A model generated the notes under the pieces. That model did not search any database. It saw only the letters and a list, made by a program, of their open reading frames with translations, and had not been told where the DNA came from. The position numbers were made by a program, and so were the translations under genes. Positions 25,221 to 27,350 of a DNA stretch of 27,350 nt are shown here, one piece after another. The stretch comes from Candidatus Sumerlaeia bacterium (GTDB lineage Bacteria; Sumerlaeota; Sumerlaeia; SLMS01): positions 1 through 27,350 of the forward strand of contig JBBQYG010000042.1 of NCBI GenBank assembly GCA_038208905.1, in the 5' to 3' direction. Positions within the stretch are counted from its first letter, which is position 1; each line of letters begins with the position of its first letter.

Positions 25221-27131
25221 TCAGGTTCCCGCTCCCGCCTTCTCCAGCGCTGCCTTCACTCCATACGGATCCTCGTCCACCTTCGGGTCCAGTGGCAGGC
25301 TCGCGCCCGCCTTCATGGCATCCTCCAGCTCCTTCGTCTTCGCCGGATCGATCCAGAAAGTCTGATACTCCAGCGCGGTCTGCGCTCGCTTGGGCTGATA
25401 GGACTCCGGAAAGTCCACATCGTAGCGATAGAGGAAACGCATATACGACGATGTCCAGAACAGTATGATGAAGGCCTCGTCGTGAATGATGCGGTCCAGC
25501 TCGTGCATTGCCTTCACGCGTTCTTCGGCGACCTTGCCGAATCGGTAGACATCGATCAGCTTGTCCGTCTCCGCTGTTCCAAAGCCCCAGAAGTTGTTGT
25601 TCTGCGGCTTGTCCTTGAATTCGGTCGAGAAGTACTGGTGCGGCTCGGGATAATACCCGCCCGTCATGCTGATCATCAACGCGTCGAAGCCCTTCTCAAG
25701 CGCACGGTTAAAGAGGGCGCCGCCGTCGAGGAACTGGAGCTTCACTTCGACGCCCGCAGCCTTGTAGGCGTTCTGGATCAGGCTCAGATGAGGCTCGAAC
25801 GACTTCGTGGCGTAGAGCAGCGTGAAGCTCGCGCGCTCTCCCTTGGTGTTCACCAGAACTCCGTCGCTGCCGCGCTTATCGAAACCCGCCTTGGCCAGGA
25901 ATTCGCGCGCCATCCGCGGATCATAGGCATAGGGCTGCTGATCGGGATTCTGGAACTCGGTGCCATAGAACACCGACGCCTTCCGGTAATAGGCGCTATA
26001 CATCACGTTCTTGTTCAGCTCCTCGAAGTTGAACAGGTGCTGAAGTCCCTTGCGGAAATCCTTGCTCTGAAAAAGTGGCGTCTTGAGGTTGAGCGCAAAG
26101 CCGGAGACTCCTTCCGGGCTCTCCAGGAACACTCGCTTTCGCTTCACCCACCCCTTCTCCATCGCGTCGAAGTTCATCTCCGTCGCCCATTGCCGCGCCG
26201 ACGAGACATTGTAGAAGCTTAGCTGGCCCTTCTTCATGAAGTCGAACTCGCGGTCGTCCTCCACGATCACGCGGACTACGATCTTGTCGGGATTGTACAT
26301 CCCGCGGAAGTAGTGCTTCCCGTCTCCCCACCACTTCGCAATGCGGGTGAATTCCACGCGCTCGCCCTGGACGGCGTCGGTGATGGTGTACGGCCCGACC
26401 ACGACGGGCGGCTTGTAATTGTCGCGCTTGCTCCACTCCGCATCCAGCACGATTGCGTGGCGGGGGAGCGGAGAGAACCCGGAATAGTCATAAAGCGGGC
26501 GCCAGCTCTCGACCTTTCCACGGATGCGAATCGTGTGGTCGTCGATCTTGTCCACCCCTTCGAAATAGTCCTCCATGCGCTGGTTGGAGAAGGGATCGAG
26601 ATTCAGAGGGTTCTTGAGGAACTCATAGGCGAAGAGATAGTCGTCCGCCGTCACCGGCTTGCCGTCGCTCCAACGAACATCGGGATCGAGCTTGAACAGC
26701 AGGGTCTTCCCATCCGCGGAGACTGACCAGTGCGTTGCGAGGCAGGGGATGAATCGGTCTGTTGTGGGATGAAGCATCGTCAGCGTGAAATCAGTGGCGT
26801 ACGGGCGGTTGAAGTTCGCAAACAGGTCGTTGGAATCGGGTCCGTGCAGCCGGAACGTGAGGGGATAGGCGGACGTCGCCACCGTGAACGTGCCGCCGCG
26901 AATAGCCTTCTCGCTGCCGACCGGCGGATCGTCCAAATTGGTTTCCCACTTCACGTTGGAGAGGTCCACTTCCACCGCCGCAAACTCCGTAGGAATCGGC
27001 GTCGCGGCGGCGGCGGGGGCCTTGGTATTCTCTGCGGGCTTGCTGTCGCATCCGCACAAAAGCGCCGCTAGGATCGCGGCCGGGATGGCGATTCTCCCGC
27101 GAAGTGGGCTGGTCATCGGGGTTCCAATCAT
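25221..27131 (-). CDS. ABC transporter substrate-binding lipoprotein, SBP family 5 (YejA/OppA-like); alternative start ATG 27149
   Basis: AAAGGA RBS before ATG 27131; lipobox LLCGC; family-5 signature LATHWSVSADG...FKLDPDVRWSDGKPVTADD and VVGPY. Confidence 0.92.
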   Translation of the reverse strand: MIGTPMTSPLRGRIAIPAAILAALLCGCDSKPAENTKAPAAAATPIPTEFAAVEVDLSNVKWETNLDDPPVGSEKAIRGGTFTVATSAYPLTFRLHGPDSNDLFANFNRPYATDFTLTMLHPTTDRFIPCLATHWSVSADGKTLLFKLDPDVRWSDGKPVTADDYLFAYEFLKNPLNLDPFSNQRMEDYFEGVDKIDDHTIRIRGKVESWRPLYDYSGFSPLPRHAIVLDAEWSKRDNYKPPVVVGPYTITDAVQGERVEFTRIAKWWGDGKHYFRGMYNPDKIVVRVIVEDDREFDFMKKGQLSFYNVSSARQWATEMNFDAMEKGWVKRKRVFLESPEGVSGFALNLKTPLFQSKDFRKGLQHLFNFEELNKNVMYSAYYRKASVFYGTEFQNPDQQPYAYDPRMAREFLAKAGFDKRGSDGVLVNTKGERASFTLLYATKSFEPHLSLIQNAYKAAGVEVKLQFLDGGALFNRALEKGFDALMISMTGGYYPEPHQYFSTEFKDKPQNNNFWGFGTAETDKLIDVYRFGKVAEERVKAMHELDRIIHDEAFIILFWTSSYMRFLYRYDVDFPESYQPKRAQTALEYQTFWIDPAKTKELEDAMKAGASLPLDPKVDEDPYGVKAALEKAGAGT

Positions 27132-27145
27132 CGGTGTGAATCCTT

Positions 27146-27349
27146 TCATTCGTAGCGAACGTACTGGCGGGGATCGAAAGCCTCTCGGACAGATTCGCCG
27201 ATCAGGCTGACGAGTGACAACGTCGCCACGATGGCGACGAACGGCGAAAGGGAAAGCCAGAGTTTCCCCCGGTTTCCCGACTGGAGTCCTTGGTCCACCA
27301 ACTGGCCCCAACTCGGCGTCGGCACGGGAAGGCCGTATCCCAGAAAGTC
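27146..27349 (-). CDS. ABC transporter permease (OppC/YejE type), C-terminal fragment truncated by the window edge
   Basis: Not in the ORF track. My translation from 27349 is DFLGYGLPVPTPSWGQLVDQGLQSGNRGKLWLSLSPFVAIVATLSLVSLIGESVREAFDPRQYVRYE*, containing the FLGxG..PSWG...GE..R.AFDP signature. Confidence 0.92.
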   Translation of the reverse strand, partial: DFLGYGLPVPTPSWGQLVDQGLQSGNRGKLWLSLSPFVAIVATLSLVSLIGESVREAFDPRQYVRYE

Positions 27350-27350
27350 C

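Noticed and set aside
27150..27350. Possible riboswitch or structured leader (hairpin CGTCGCCA-cga-TGGCGACG) upstream of the binding-protein gene
   Set aside because: The region is coding sequence of the upstream permease.

Overview
GC-rich bacterial chromosomal segment with no rRNA, tRNA, CRISPR array, transposase or integrase recognisable by eye. From left to right: the 3' part of a hybrid receiver/histidine kinase gene; a stand-alone PLD-nuclease-like gene with a C-terminal winged-helix-like domain; a C-terminal remnant of a GH172 (DUF2961) glycosidase; a cytoplasmic GH38 alpha-mannosidase. Divergent from the GH38 gene, across a region with FadR-type and LacI-type operator-like palindromes, lies a sugar-catabolic operon (DhnA-type class I aldolase, Gfo/Idh/MocA oxidoreductase, PfkB kinase, D-lyxose/D-mannose isomerase, DUF4432 epimerase) interrupted by a DUF104-antitoxin/VapC-toxin pair. 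Next come a secreted purple-acid-phosphatase-like enzyme coupled to a membrane protein, a DUF6671 gene, a secreted TPR-like gene broken by one in-frame TAG, a hypothetical protein with two tandem signal peptides, and an MFS transporter. A five-gene operon follows, led by a soluble Ser/Thr kinase fused to a cyclic-nucleotide-binding domain (then a WecB/TagA glycosyltransferase, two membrane-anchored beta-sandwich proteins and a histidine phosphatase). The window ends in a peptide-type ABC transporter operon whose permease 3' end is missing from the supplied ORF track. All family calls come from motif recognition without database searches.
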